A stretch of 64,000 nt of DNA from positions 58,265-122,264 of the forward strand of contig CAVZKL010000010.1 of assembly GCA_963775895.1 (NCBI GenBank). Reading direction: 5' to 3'. Under the pieces are notes generated by a model. That model was not told where the DNA came from, searched no databases, and saw only the letters and a list, made by a program, of their open reading frames with translations. Positions 42,492 to 52,778 of the stretch are shown here, piece by piece. The translations under genes were made by a program, and so were the position numbers. Positions within the stretch are counted from its first letter, which is position 1; every line of letters starts with the position of its first letter. Source of the DNA: Candidatus Bathyarchaeota archaeon. Its GTDB lineage: Archaea > Thermoproteota > Bathyarchaeia > Bathyarchaeales > Bathycorpusculaceae.

Positions 42492-43868
42492 ATGTCAGTA
42501 AACTTGTGCGCGATAATTTTGGAAGATTTCCTCAAAAACTCGTGGAGTTGCGTTGAAACATTAGTTAAAGGGTTGGACGTGTTTAAGGAGGAGAAACGAA
42601 AACCTGTCGAGTTGTACTGGTTTAAGAATGGACAGAAAACGAGCGTCACACACGATGGTTCACGATTCTTTTTGAGATGCTCCGTGGAATACGCGAACCC
42701 TCAGCTTACGGTGGAGGATGTTCAGGGCATAATCGCGACGCGACTGCTTGAAGTCACGGCTGACTATTATCATCAGCATGGTTTGCATCCGCCGACTCCT
42801 CAGGAAGCGGAGGAGATTTGTGCGTTGCTCAAGCAGCCCTCTTCTGGGATGGTCGTGCCGTTTCTGCTGAACACTGATGACATCGAGGCAGATCGGTATT
42901 CGATGAACCCGCTCAAAGAATCGATAGTTGAGAGCGGACAGAGCGCTTTGCCTGCGGCGGCCGTTAAGACGGATGGTCTCAGGGTGGACGAGAAGTTTCT
43001 TCAGAAGTATGAGGGCTCGCTTTTCTGCATCGGCGAAATTGACAGCATAGAGAGGCATCTGAAGTCGGGCGTCAGCTACGTGGACATGGTGGACGCTGTC
43101 AAGTACGAACATCTGGCGAAACTGTCAGAGTCGTTCGGTATTGACCTTTGCATCCATTCGGTGCGTCTGCCGCTGACCGCTTTGCAGAGAGAGGATTCTG
43201 CTGGTCTGCTTCATCACATCGTGAGAGAGACTCACAGAGATTATCAGGCTGTTGAAAGTGTTTACAGGTGCATGGGAAGAAGCATGAAGAACCTGTCGAC
43301 GCTTCTGACTGTTCCACACTCTCCGAAGGGTTACGGGTCGAAGCGTGCGGCAAGAGGGAGGATATATTTTGATGGAAGTAGGCTCAAGAGCGTCAAGGTG
43401 GATTATAAGACTACTTTGTTGTATCCGAACGCGATTGACCCGGCGGATGTGAGCGTGGCGAAGGCTGATGACAGTTTTACGGTGGAGGGTGACAGGCTTG
43501 TGAACTACAGTTTTAAGGAGACGCCTTCTTCGCCGCAGTTCTTCTTGTATTCTTTGGCGTCGCCGGAAGATGCGGTTGTGTGGCATGGCATCGGAGCCTT
43601 CGGCGCCTCAGAACTGCTGAAGAGCTACACGACAACGCGGATGGCTTGCTCGTCGGGGTTGCTGCTCAAGGATCTGGCGGAGAAGTATGGGGTCCAAGTG
43701 AGAATTCCGTTGCAGTTCAACTTGGTTCCGAAGTATATCTGGTTCCACCCTGTGCACCGCAACATAGACGCGAGCATAGGCTGCGTTCAAAACTTGAAAG
43801 ATCTTGCGGACATTGGCATGAGAATGGAGTACTTGCCGACGGAACAGTATATTAGGAAACAAGAGTAA
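42492..43868 (+). CDS. Hypothetical protein (~458 aa), no family recognised
   Basis: Long intact ORF with host-like codon skew, tightly packed between neighbours. Confidence 0.8.
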   Translation: MSVNLCAIILEDFLKNSWSCVETLVKGLDVFKEEKRKPVELYWFKNGQKTSVTHDGSRFFLRCSVEYANPQLTVEDVQGIIATRLLEVTADYYHQHGLHPPTPQEAEEICALLKQPSSGMVVPFLLNTDDIEADRYSMNPLKESIVESGQSALPAAAVKTDGLRVDEKFLQKYEGSLFCIGEIDSIERHLKSGVSYVDMVDAVKYEHLAKLSESFGIDLCIHSVRLPLTALQREDSAGLLHHIVRETHRDYQAVESVYRCMGRSMKNLSTLLTVPHSPKGYGSKRAARGRIYFDGSRLKSVKVDYKTTLLYPNAIDPADVSVAKADDSFTVEGDRLVNYSFKETPSSPQFFLYSLASPEDAVVWHGIGAFGASELLKSYTTTRMACSSGLLLKDLAEKYGVQVRIPLQFNLVPKYIWFHPVHRNIDASIGCVQNLKDLADIGMRMEYLPTEQYIRKQE

Positions 43869-43880
43869 GAGGGTGTTTCC

Positions 43881-44489
43881 ATGTTGTTCAAGCAGATCAA
43901 GTATCGTGGCGACAACTTCTCTTACATCATTGCTGACGAGGGGACGAAAGAAGCTGTGGTGGTTGATCCGAGTTATAACGAAGATGCGTTGACGTTGTTT
44001 ATTAAAGATCAGAAGTTGAAGCTTGGTTACATTATTGACACGCATGGTCATGGGGATCACACTGCTGGGAATGATGGTCTGAAACGGGCTTTTGGAGCGA
44101 AGGTCGTTGCCCACAAGGTGTCTAGAATTGAGAAGGACGTGTCGGTTGTTGAAGGAGACGTTTTGAAAGTGGGGAAGGTAACGATCAAGGTGCTTCACAC
44201 GCCGGGGCACACGGCGGACAGCATTTGTCTGCTCGTTGACGGAAAGGTACTGACTGGAGACACGCTCTTCATCGGTGAGTGCGGAAGGACTGATCTTCCG
44301 GGCGGAAGCCCTGGGGACATGTACCGCAGCCTTGGCAAGCTCAAGAAGTTGGATGATGGGGTTGAGGTGTATCCGGGTCACGATTACGGACGGAAACCGT
44401 ACTCGACGATGGGTGAGGAGAAGCGTACAAACTATACGCTTGAGAATCGGACTCTGGAGGAGTTCTTGGAGTTCATGTCGAAACCTTAG
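43881..44489 (+). CDS. Metallo-beta-lactamase fold hydrolase (glyoxalase II/ETHE1-like)
   Basis: THGHGDH, TPGHT, TGDTLF, PGHDY. Confidence 0.9.
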   Translation: MLFKQIKYRGDNFSYIIADEGTKEAVVVDPSYNEDALTLFIKDQKLKLGYIIDTHGHGDHTAGNDGLKRAFGAKVVAHKVSRIEKDVSVVEGDVLKVGKVTIKVLHTPGHTADSICLLVDGKVLTGDTLFIGECGRTDLPGGSPGDMYRSLGKLKKLDDGVEVYPGHDYGRKPYSTMGEEKRTNYTLENRTLEEFLEFMSKP

Positions 44490-44578
44490 GCTTTAGGTTG
44501 TTGGGTGTGGATGGGGATGATCACCTTTATTATGAACGTGTTGGCTAGAACTCAGGCACTGAGCGGCGAGCGTTGGTT

Positions 44579-46013
44579 ATGGCTGGCAAGACGTTTTCGT
44601 ACACGATAGAACCAGAGATTCCTGCGTCCTACATGGGCAGTCTATTGGATTTTGTCTATCAGAAGTACGTGCAGCCTCAGCAGAAGCGGTTTGCTGATGT
44701 TTCCAGGTCTGAAGATTGATGGGTATCCGACGTTGAGCTTCGTCGTTTTGGATGGATCTGGGAAGAGAAGCGTGGAAGTGAGGGTGAAGGGCAGCAAACC
44801 GTTGCAGCTGAGTATCACGCCGGTTGGGGAGAATGTGGGTGAAGAGGCTGCGGATCAGGTTAGGCAGGACATTCTGATCACGGCGGAGATGTTTGAGGAG
44901 AAGGTGAGGGAGAGCACGTTGTTTTTTGCTTGGCGAGAGGGCGAGGAGATCGTTCCGGAGAAGTCTTTTGGAAAGGGAAACAAGTCGTTGAACCGCATTT
45001 TTCTTGAGACTCAGGTCCTTCTTGCTATTATATTCATTACGCTGGGCATTTTCTTGTTCTATTTCCTCGGCGTGTACACTCCGATTGTTCTGCTGGCGTT
45101 TCAGTTTGTTTTCGTGGTGTATTCGCCGAAGATCATTGAGAGGACGTCGGATTGGCACATTACGAAGGAGAATCCGATTATTCATTTGCTTGAGTACAGT
45201 TTGCCTTTTGAGGAGCATGACAGTTTTAGGCAGAAGTATCCTCCGGAGAAGATTGCTGAGATCAAGAGGGACGTGTATGCGGAGACGATTGCTAAGAACG
45301 GGGAGGTTGACTGTGAGACGACTGGGCGGATTTTTAATAAGTATGGGTTTGCGTGTAGTCCGGAGAACTTGTCTGTTAAGAAGGTGAACGTTTATGAGCT
45401 TGTTAAGAAGGTTGCGGACAAGTTTCATTTTAAGGTTCCGAAGATCGTTGTGTCGAACACGTTGGCTCCGAACGCGGCGGCCACTGGGCCGAGTCCGGGT
45501 CGTGGGTTGGTTTTGATCACCACTGGGGCTCTTGTGCAGTTGGAGGAGGATGAGCTTCTGAGTGTTCTGGGGCACGAGTTTGGTCATTTGAGGGGGCGTG
45601 ATCCGTTCTGGCTGTACGGGTTGTCCGCGGTTCAGTATCTTCTTTGGTTCTACGTGATCTTCGGGTTCTTTCCCACGAGTTCGTTCCTTCTTCTTATCAT
45701 TTACTTCTGGGTGCTGTCGACTATAACGTATTTCATCGCGAAGTTTTTTGAGGCGAGGGCTGATTTGACGTCGGCGATCGTGATGGGGCAGCCGAACATT
45801 CTTGCGAACGCTCTGGAAGAGATCGGGTTCAAGAGACTGCTGATTGAGCGGGTTCCGTCTTACCGTATTCAGGAGTGGATCAGTTTTGATCCGCATCCGC
45901 CGATTTATTTCAGGGTTAACCGTCTGAGAAAGTTCAAGGAGGGCACCGTGGTCAAGCATCCGCTGTGGCAGTCGGCCAGCGAGGTGACGAGGGGCTTCTT
46001 GAGCAGCCTGTGA
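44579..46013 (+). CDS. M48 (HtpX-like) membrane zinc metalloprotease (frameshift near 44710)
   Basis: PNAAATG, HEFGH, EARAD, HPP...R. Confidence 0.88.
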
Positions 46014-46017
46014 GTTG

Positions 46018-46106
46018 AGGTTTATTCGCTGAAAAAAAGCTTATTGTGTACCTCCCCCTCCTCGGTTTCAATGTATCATGAATATTAGGATCCAAATATG
46101 CCCGGT
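46018..46106 (+). repeat. ~85-bp dispersed non-coding element, copy 2
   Basis: AGGTTTATTCGCTGAAAAAAAGCTTATTGTGTACC-(C/T tract)-CGGTTTCAATGTATCATGAATATTAGGATCCAAATATGCCCGGT. Confidence 0.95.
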
Positions 46107-46235
46107 GTGGCTTAGCGCGCGCTGTGGTGAAGGTTGCCTGGGAAGAGAGATAGAGAATAGTTCTGGAGCGTCTTTTTCCGTAGGTGGACTCCGTTGACTT
46201 TCGTGGAGAAGGAGTGGGAGTGAGGAAGTTGATTG

Positions 46236-46622
46236 CTAATTCTTAGACCACTTGTATGCGTACCAGACAATTAGGGCTGAAAACACGATTCCGAAGACAG
46301 AGTTTATCGCAAGAACGGATTGGTATTCCAGATATTGTAGCAGAACGACTATTACGAGGACAACATAGACTGTCCCTGTGATAATGTTTGTCCAACGATT
46401 CGCTTTGTCTTTCAGAGTTTGGGAAAGGAAAGCCATGATCAACGGAACCAAGAATACGATTGAGAGCAATAACAAATATGCTGGTCCTATTGGCTCACCT
46501 CTTTTTACACCGGACCTAATCTGGTCTATCACACCTGGCTCGTAGAACTCCAATAATGTCGAGGCTAGCCCACTCACTGCATTAATTAGCCACAAGACAG
46601 AAAGCCTTGTCTTCAAAGCCAA
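46236..46622 (-). CDS. Small membrane protein (DUF6326-like)
   Basis: LKTRLSVLW, PLIMAFLS..LKDKANRWTNII, LIVWYAYKW. Confidence 0.7.
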   Translation of the reverse strand: MALKTRLSVLWLINAVSGLASTLLEFYEPGVIDQIRSGVKRGEPIGPAYLLLLSIVFLVPLIMAFLSQTLKDKANRWTNIITGTVYVVLVIVVLLQYLEYQSVLAINSVFGIVFSALIVWYAYKWSKN

Positions 46623-46816
46623 ATCCTCCGTGGCCTATCACCTCCGTTTTCCCTTTTTACGTCATTTCTATGATGTGATTTCAAGTTGTATTAATAGTCT
46701 AAGAAAGATCTCTCCATCATCCAAGTCCCGAAGAGTTGACAGAAACCGTAAATCAAGAATAGACGGGGGAAAATCAGCTCAAAAGGGCTGATAGGAGATA
46801 AATCTGCAGTGTTTTG

Positions 46817-47263
46817 TCACTCTGGAAAGAGTTTCTTTGCTTTCTCTGTGGGTTCGATCACACCTATTTGTTTGAGGAAATCCAGCATGTCACGAATTGA
46901 CTTTCTCTCCACAACCTTGCCATCAGCTATACGCCAGATACCGACACCTGTGTATGTGATCTTCTTACCAGTGGGAGGGAATGTGATCCCGAATAGGTTC
47001 CATTCGCCCGTGTGCGTCCCCGTAACCTTGAAGTGAACCCACACCTTATCCTCTTCAGCGATTATGTCCTCAATGGTCTCAGAGTAATCTGGAAAGCCTT
47101 TGATGAACATAGCCTCGGATTTCTTGAAACTATCCAGACCCTGTAACTGAAGTGTGTGGTCAACGAAATCAGATGCGATAAAACTGTCCAGTAGGGCTAG
47201 GTCATGCTTGTTGAAAGCTTCAAACAAACCTTGAATGATAGCCTTATTCTTTTCCAATGACAC
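46817..47263 (-). CDS. SnoaL-like ester cyclase (NTF2 fold)
   Basis: NKAII, FPD..ETIEDIIAEEDKVW, GTHTGE, PPTGK. Confidence 0.85.
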   Translation of the reverse strand: MSLEKNKAIIQGLFEAFNKHDLALLDSFIASDFVDHTLQLQGLDSFKKSEAMFIKGFPDYSETIEDIIAEEDKVWVHFKVTGTHTGEWNLFGITFPPTGKKITYTGVGIWRIADGKVVERKSIRDMLDFLKQIGVIEPTEKAKKLFPE

Positions 47264-47348
47264 AGAGCATCCCCTTACTATCAATCCTGTGGTTCAGCTA
47301 TGACTTTTCCGTGCGCGCTACATGATTTTTGCAGAACTGGTTTGGCCG

Positions 47349-50300
47349 TTATCTTTCTCCTTTGAGCCAACCCTTGATTCCCAGTTCCTTGACCGTTATG
47401 CTTATTGGTTTAGGCTCAATGATTTTCTCCTTGCCATTTTCATCGAGGTACACTACTTTCGGTTTTATGTAAAACGTGCCCTGGATCTTTGGTGTCAGTG
47501 AGAGCCGGATTTCCTCTCTTTTCAGCGGGTCAAGCTGCTTTTCCTTCATGTTGAGGCAATCGCCTTCGATGCGGTAAGATTCAGGTTTCTTCGTTGTTGC
47601 GAAACCTTCTGGCATGATTTCTGTGATCCTGGTTAGCAAAATGGCTCCTTCTTTGCGCTTGTTTGTAAGCTCTATTTCGAGATCGAGGCTCTCGCCGATC
47701 TTTAGTTCTTGCGGGGTGACCATGATTTTGCATTGGACTTCAGCTTGCTGAATGCTTTTTGGACCAGCCGTTCTTTCAGACATTTGGGTTGGAGAAGAGT
47801 GCAAGACCTCGATCAAGTTCATTGTTTTCTCCACGTCTTTTTTGGCGCCCATCTTCTGGAATATTTCTAACGCTTGGTTAAGGAGAGCATTGGCTTTTTC
47901 ATTGTCGCCTTCTTGGGCTCTTTCTACATACATTCGAGCAAACTCAAAGAGAATCAGCTTGGCAAACCAGTACATGTTCCAACGTCTTTCACCTAGAACC
48001 TCGAACTCGTGGAGACTCTTTTCAAAATGCTTGATAGATTCTTCCCACTTCTTCTGAGCGCGAAACAGCCTTGCTGTCACTGCATCCGCAGAGGCGATTA
48101 GATTTTTGTCTTCTTTTTCGAGAGCATACTTGCGCAGGTCGTCAATCAGGTTCTGGGCTTTTCGAATTCTCCAAGCTCTATGTACTCAGAAGCAACAAAG
48201 TCGGAGACGCCCATTTGCCAGGATTTTGCCCCATGTCTTTCAATGACTTCGTACGCTTTTTCGACGAATTCCTTTGCTTTAGCGAATTCCCCTCTGTCAA
48301 AATACAACCATCCGTACATTCCGAAAGCGGAGGCAAGTGATTGAAAATCGTCTAGTCTTTGAGAAATGTTCAATGCTTCCTTATAGTATTGTTCGCTCCT
48401 GTCCCATTCTCCGAGTATCTGGTGAATAGTTCCGAGCTCACGCAGTGACCAGTTAAGTAGAAGCATGTTGCCGGATTTCCGATTCAACGCAGTTGCCTCT
48501 TCTGCCAAGGCAACTGCTTTGTTCAAATCTCCCATGCCTGAGTATCTATATGCCAGATGCTGACCAATCAAAGCCGTCCATTCAACGGTGCCCTACTTTT
48601 TTTGCCAGCTCGAATGCTTTCTGAAGGTATTCCAAGCGTTTTTCATTTTCTTCTGTTGGAAACCAAACGGCAAGGTCGTCGTAAGCCCACACGGCAGTTT
48701 CCATATAGCCGTTATCGAGTGCTATTGTCAAAGCTCTTTCAAAGCATTCAAGGGCTTTCTTTCTGTTTCCAAGCCAAGAAAAGATCTCTCCCAACGGCAT
48801 GTACGAATGTGCCAGAACTTCATGAGCGTTCAATTTCTTGGCAAGTTCCACGGCTTTCTCACCTAAAGAAAGAGCTTCAGTCATGTTTCCGGTAGCCCCC
48901 ATGCTAACCATGCCCGCCATGTCTTCGTACAGACTTGCCAATTCAACGCTTTCGGGCTCGGTTTCCAAGATTTTCAAAGCTTTTTGATGATGTTCTTCAG
49001 CCCTTTCTTTGTTGCCCAAATTGCTCCAAAGAAGGTTCGCTATTTTGCGATGCAGTCTTGCAGATGTTTCTTTTTCGTTGAGCTGTCTTGCTAAGGGCAA
49101 GGCATCATTCCAGTACTTTATGCTCACGTCGTATTCGCCAACAAGTCTTTTCGTGTCTCCAAGCCTCTCAAGAACGTTCTTCTTCTCCTTGAGCTCGCCC
49201 TCTTTCTCCTCAAGAAGTTTAAGTGCAGACTGAAGGTATGAGGTAGCTTCGCTGTTTGCAAAAATCTTTGCAGCCTTGTCTCCGGCCTTCAGGAAGTAGT
49301 CAAGCGCCTTGTCCTTGTCTCCGCTTTCAAGGAAGTGTGAAGCCAGTTCACCAAGGTGTTCATCAATCTTCTTAGCGTAGACTTTTTCCAGGGCAGCTCC
49401 CACAACCCCGTGGAGCTTCTTCCGCTTCAAGAGACTGACTCCTTCGTACACGACGTCTCTCACCAATATGTCGGCAAACGAACAGACGCCTTCTCCACGA
49501 ACCTCCCTTTCCTTGATGAAACCAGTCTTCAGCATTTTGTCAATCGATTCAAGCAGTTTGTTTTCTTCAATGCCTGTGAGTGCGCACATTGCTTCTAAGG
49601 TGAAATCGTTTCCAACAAAGGAAGCCAAAGTTAGAACGTTCTGGCTTTCTTCATCCAGTCGGTCTAGTCTTGCTTTTATGACGCTCTTCACCGTTTCGGG
49701 AAACTCGATCGTGGAGACTTCCTTGATTTTCCACTTGTTCTCCTCGCGGTAGATGACTTCCTCTTCCTTTAGAGATCTGATCACTTCCTCGGCGAAGAAC
49801 GGGTTGCCTCTTGTCTTCTCGTAGACAGCTTTGCAGAAGTCTGTTGGAACATCATCCTGCTCCAAGATGCTCTTGACCATCTCTGAAACATCGTTAAGGG
49901 ACATTCGCTTCAGCTGAATTGACTGAGGCAACCGTTCTCTGTTCAATTCCGTCAGAACAGGAGACAAAGGGTGCTTGGCATCAATGTCAGTGCTACGATA
50001 GGCTCCTAGAAGAAGCAGAGGCGTCTTTTGAACGCCGCGGGCCATGTAGTGCAAAAGCAGGAGTGAAGACGGATCGGTCCATTGCAGATCGTCAAGAACC
50101 ACTAATAACGGAGTCTCTCTGGAAATGTTGGTGATGAACTGGGAAACTGCTTCAAAGAGCCTGTTTTGCTCTTGCTCGGGGCTTATCGGAAAGGACTGAG
50201 GGATTGTCCTAAGCTTCTGGCTAAGCTCTGGAACGAGCTTGGCAACTTCAGCTGGATAGAAGCCGATAACTCTGTACAATTGTTCTGGGCTACTGTTCTC

Positions 50301-50609
50301 TAGATAGTCTCTGATGACTTCGCTCCATAGAATGTATGGTGGAACGCCGTCCATTCTGAACAGTGCTGGGCATCTGCCATAAAGGACCTGCATTCCTCGC
50401 AGGTGTGCGTAGGCTCTTAGCTCTCTTGCGAGTCTTGTTTTGCCGATTCCGGCCTCACCGTAAAGAAACACGAGCCCGCCCTCGCCCTGAATCGTCCTGT
50501 CGACTGCTTCTTTCAGAAGTTTCATTTCTTCGACTCTGTCGATGAGCGGAATCTCCCTTGCAGCGATGGGACGGGGACTCGGAATGCGGCCGCGTTCAAG
50601 TGACGTCAA
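47349..50609 (-). CDS. STAND-type AAA ATPase with TPR array and C-terminal beta-sandwich domain (two frameshifts)
   Basis: GEAGIGKT, DDLQW.D, GNPFF, ARLDRL, TPR-like repeats over ORFs 48582-50609, 48146-48571 and 47349-48080. Confidence 0.87.
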
Positions 50610-50761
50610 GAAGACTTCTCCACATCAACTTGTCAATAACATATTATTAGATTCTACGTTCTTATCGCTTGTGGAAGAACATCTAATTCAATCCCCAGCT
50701 GCAACTGCTAAGAATGAACAAGTGAAGACTGATAGAAAAGAAAACTGGAAGGCGTTCGGGT

Positions 50762-51160
50762 TTAGATGGTGAGTACTCTGTAGTTGTCGTCTCTTAGGTA
50801 GTCGGTCAGCTGTTTGCCCATGTACTTGACTTCTATGCCAAGCCGCTTCAGGTCGTCTGAAACTCCGTATAGGTCTGTGCATTTTTTGCATGCCTGCAGT
50901 TTGATGCCTGCCTCTTTCATGTCGACAATGTGCTCTTGTAATTCCTTGTCTTCGGCGAGTAGCTTGGATGAGGGTCCCCACACGATTAACGTAACGTTTT
51001 TCCATCCCCACTTGAAGCGTTTCGAATTGAAAGTGTACATGAACGCCATTTTCAACGCTACTTCTCTGTCTCCGCTCGTCCACAGCACGACCAGCTCATC
51101 TGGTTTAGAAGAGTTTTTGCCCTTGGCATGTTCTTTTTTGCTCAAATTCATTCCCTTCAT
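50762..51160 (-). CDS. DsrE/DsrF-like protein
   Basis: LWTSGDREVA, WGPS, ACKKC, YMG..LT. Confidence 0.8.
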   Translation of the reverse strand: MKGMNLSKKEHAKGKNSSKPDELVVLWTSGDREVALKMAFMYTFNSKRFKWGWKNVTLIVWGPSSKLLAEDKELQEHIVDMKEAGIKLQACKKCTDLYGVSDDLKRLGIEVKYMGKQLTDYLRDDNYRVLTI

Positions 51161-51224
51161 CTTTCTAGGTAAACGAATAACACGTTTTAAACTTGTGTTT
51201 AGCTATAACTTTTCCGCAACATCG

Positions 51225-51431
51225 TTAGGTTTGTTTGTCTGGTTCTACCCTAACGCTAAGAGGTCCGATCCCGGCAAGAGATGGCAAGATGTGTGATAAT
51301 AGTTGCTCAGCACTGAGTAGCCGAACTTTGCCGTTTGGATTGGTTTGTGTCCAACCATTCTTCTCTTTATGGTATCTTTGTATATAGCCATGTTTGGTTG
51401 TGGTGTAGATTGTGCACTCATTATTTTTCAA
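51225..51431 (-). CDS. Small hypothetical protein
   Basis: GGTGA RBS, own promoter-like box, SAEQLLSHILP motif. Confidence 0.6.
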   Translation of the reverse strand: MKNNECTIYTTTKHGYIQRYHKEKNGWTQTNPNGKVRLLSAEQLLSHILPSLAGIGPLSVRVEPDKQT

Positions 51432-51577
51432 CTGAATTCACCAATCCAAACAGTCACTTTTGGTTCAGCTAAGCTTTTCCGCAAAACCGAAAACTTAGGC
51501 TAACAAGGAATATGTCAAAACTGTTAAACATGGAAACACGCCATAGATTAGAAGTGGCGGGGTGTGAAAAGAGAAAC

Positions 51578-52138
51578 ATGGCTGTGGAAGAGAAGCATCC
51601 AAAAAACCAGATAACTCTGAACCCGATCAGAAGACTATTTGGCAGGTTTGAAAACCCTCAAGAACATGTTAGACCCTATGTCGCTAGCGGTCAGGTTGTC
51701 GCTGACATTGGTTGTGGGTCGGGTTACTATACGCTCGCTTTGGCTGAATGCGTTGGTCCAGAAGGAAGAGTGTACGCTGTTGACTTGAATGAAAAGGCTA
51801 TTCGCACGTTGGAAAAGAAGGCGGATATGTTCGGTTACCACAACATCGAAGCACACGCTTCATCTGCGACAGACCTGAGTTTCATAAAAGACAGGTCGAT
51901 TGACTTCGTTCTTGCCAATGGACTATTGTGCGTAATGGCTGGCAACAGACAGTCAGCCGTGAACGAAATAAAACGCATAATCAAACCAAATGGAAAAGCG
52001 TATCTCAGCTTAGGTTCGCCGCCGCCTCTTGGTCATGTGAATCGGGTGGAGTGGGAGAAAATACTTGAAGGGTTTAGAGTTGAACGAAGGGGCGGTTTTC
52101 TCCAAAAGTGGGCTCTGGTGTCAGCAAAACAACAGTAA
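51578..52138 (+). CDS. Class I SAM-dependent methyltransferase
   Basis: DIGCGSG, VGPEGRVYAVD, RIIKPNG. Confidence 0.87.
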   Translation: MAVEEKHPKNQITLNPIRRLFGRFENPQEHVRPYVASGQVVADIGCGSGYYTLALAECVGPEGRVYAVDLNEKAIRTLEKKADMFGYHNIEAHASSATDLSFIKDRSIDFVLANGLLCVMAGNRQSAVNEIKRIIKPNGKAYLSLGSPPPLGHVNRVEWEKILEGFRVERRGGFLQKWALVSAKQQ

Positions 52139-52175
52139 ACCTGTGTTTGTTAGGGAAGTTCTATCCCAAACCCTT

Positions 52176-52481
52176 CTATTTCTTGCTTTCAGCTTCTATG
52201 CCAAGAAAATGCTTAGCCACAACGAGATGCATAGCTGGAACTATGGCATGCAGACCAGCAAAGATTGCCAGCAGTAACCAAATCATTGGTTGTAGGACAA
52301 GAGTGGTGTTCAAAGCGTCACCAATGATTCCTAACGCAGCGAATAGAAAGCTAAGGTACGAACTGACGCTACTAGCCATCGCACATCTTCTAATCTCAGC
52401 TTTTACGTGCTCACGGTTCTTGAAAGGTTGGTTTTGTAAATTGCTTGCCATATTGGACATCACCCCCTTTTCTTTCTTCAA
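52176..52481 (-). CDS. Small two-TM hypothetical protein
   Basis: Hydrophobic segments, own promoter-like box. Confidence 0.6.
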   Translation of the reverse strand: MKKEKGVMSNMASNLQNQPFKNREHVKAEIRRCAMASSVSSYLSFLFAALGIIGDALNTTLVLQPMIWLLLAIFAGLHAIVPAMHLVVAKHFLGIEAESKK

Positions 52482-52778
52482 TATCGAGTGAACTAATGTC
52501 TTTTCGGTTCTGCTATAACTTTTCCCCCAAACCCAAAACTGCGTTTACGCTTCCTCAACCATCTATACTCTCATACGCGTGCGCTTCCGCCACGACCCGT
52601 TCCATACAAATGCTGATATCTCCATACCCACAGTGTGTGCTATAGGTTTTTAGGATCGATCTCCCTATATGAATAGTGGGAGAAGATCGCTCAGTTGAGG
52701 GGGCTCACGTGCTGACGATGGCATCTCCTCGGTTGCGGGTGATGGCGGGTGCTGGGAGTGTTTGAGTCTTCAGTCAAA

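Noticed and set aside
44577-45959. 460-aa antisense ORF (also 36261-37073, 43608-44381, 27413-27997, 61099-61815)
   Set aside because: Shadows of well-supported genes with strong codon skew; no motifs.
46236-52481. Canonical integron cassette array
   Set aside because: No intI in the window, no attC R''/R' (RYYYAAC...GTTRRRY) hairpins recognised by eye, and genes are not all co-oriented.
52657-52690. Hairpin CGATCTCCC...GGGAGAAGATCG upstream of the cohesin gene as a riboswitch
   Set aside because: Imperfect stem with no family signature I can recognise.
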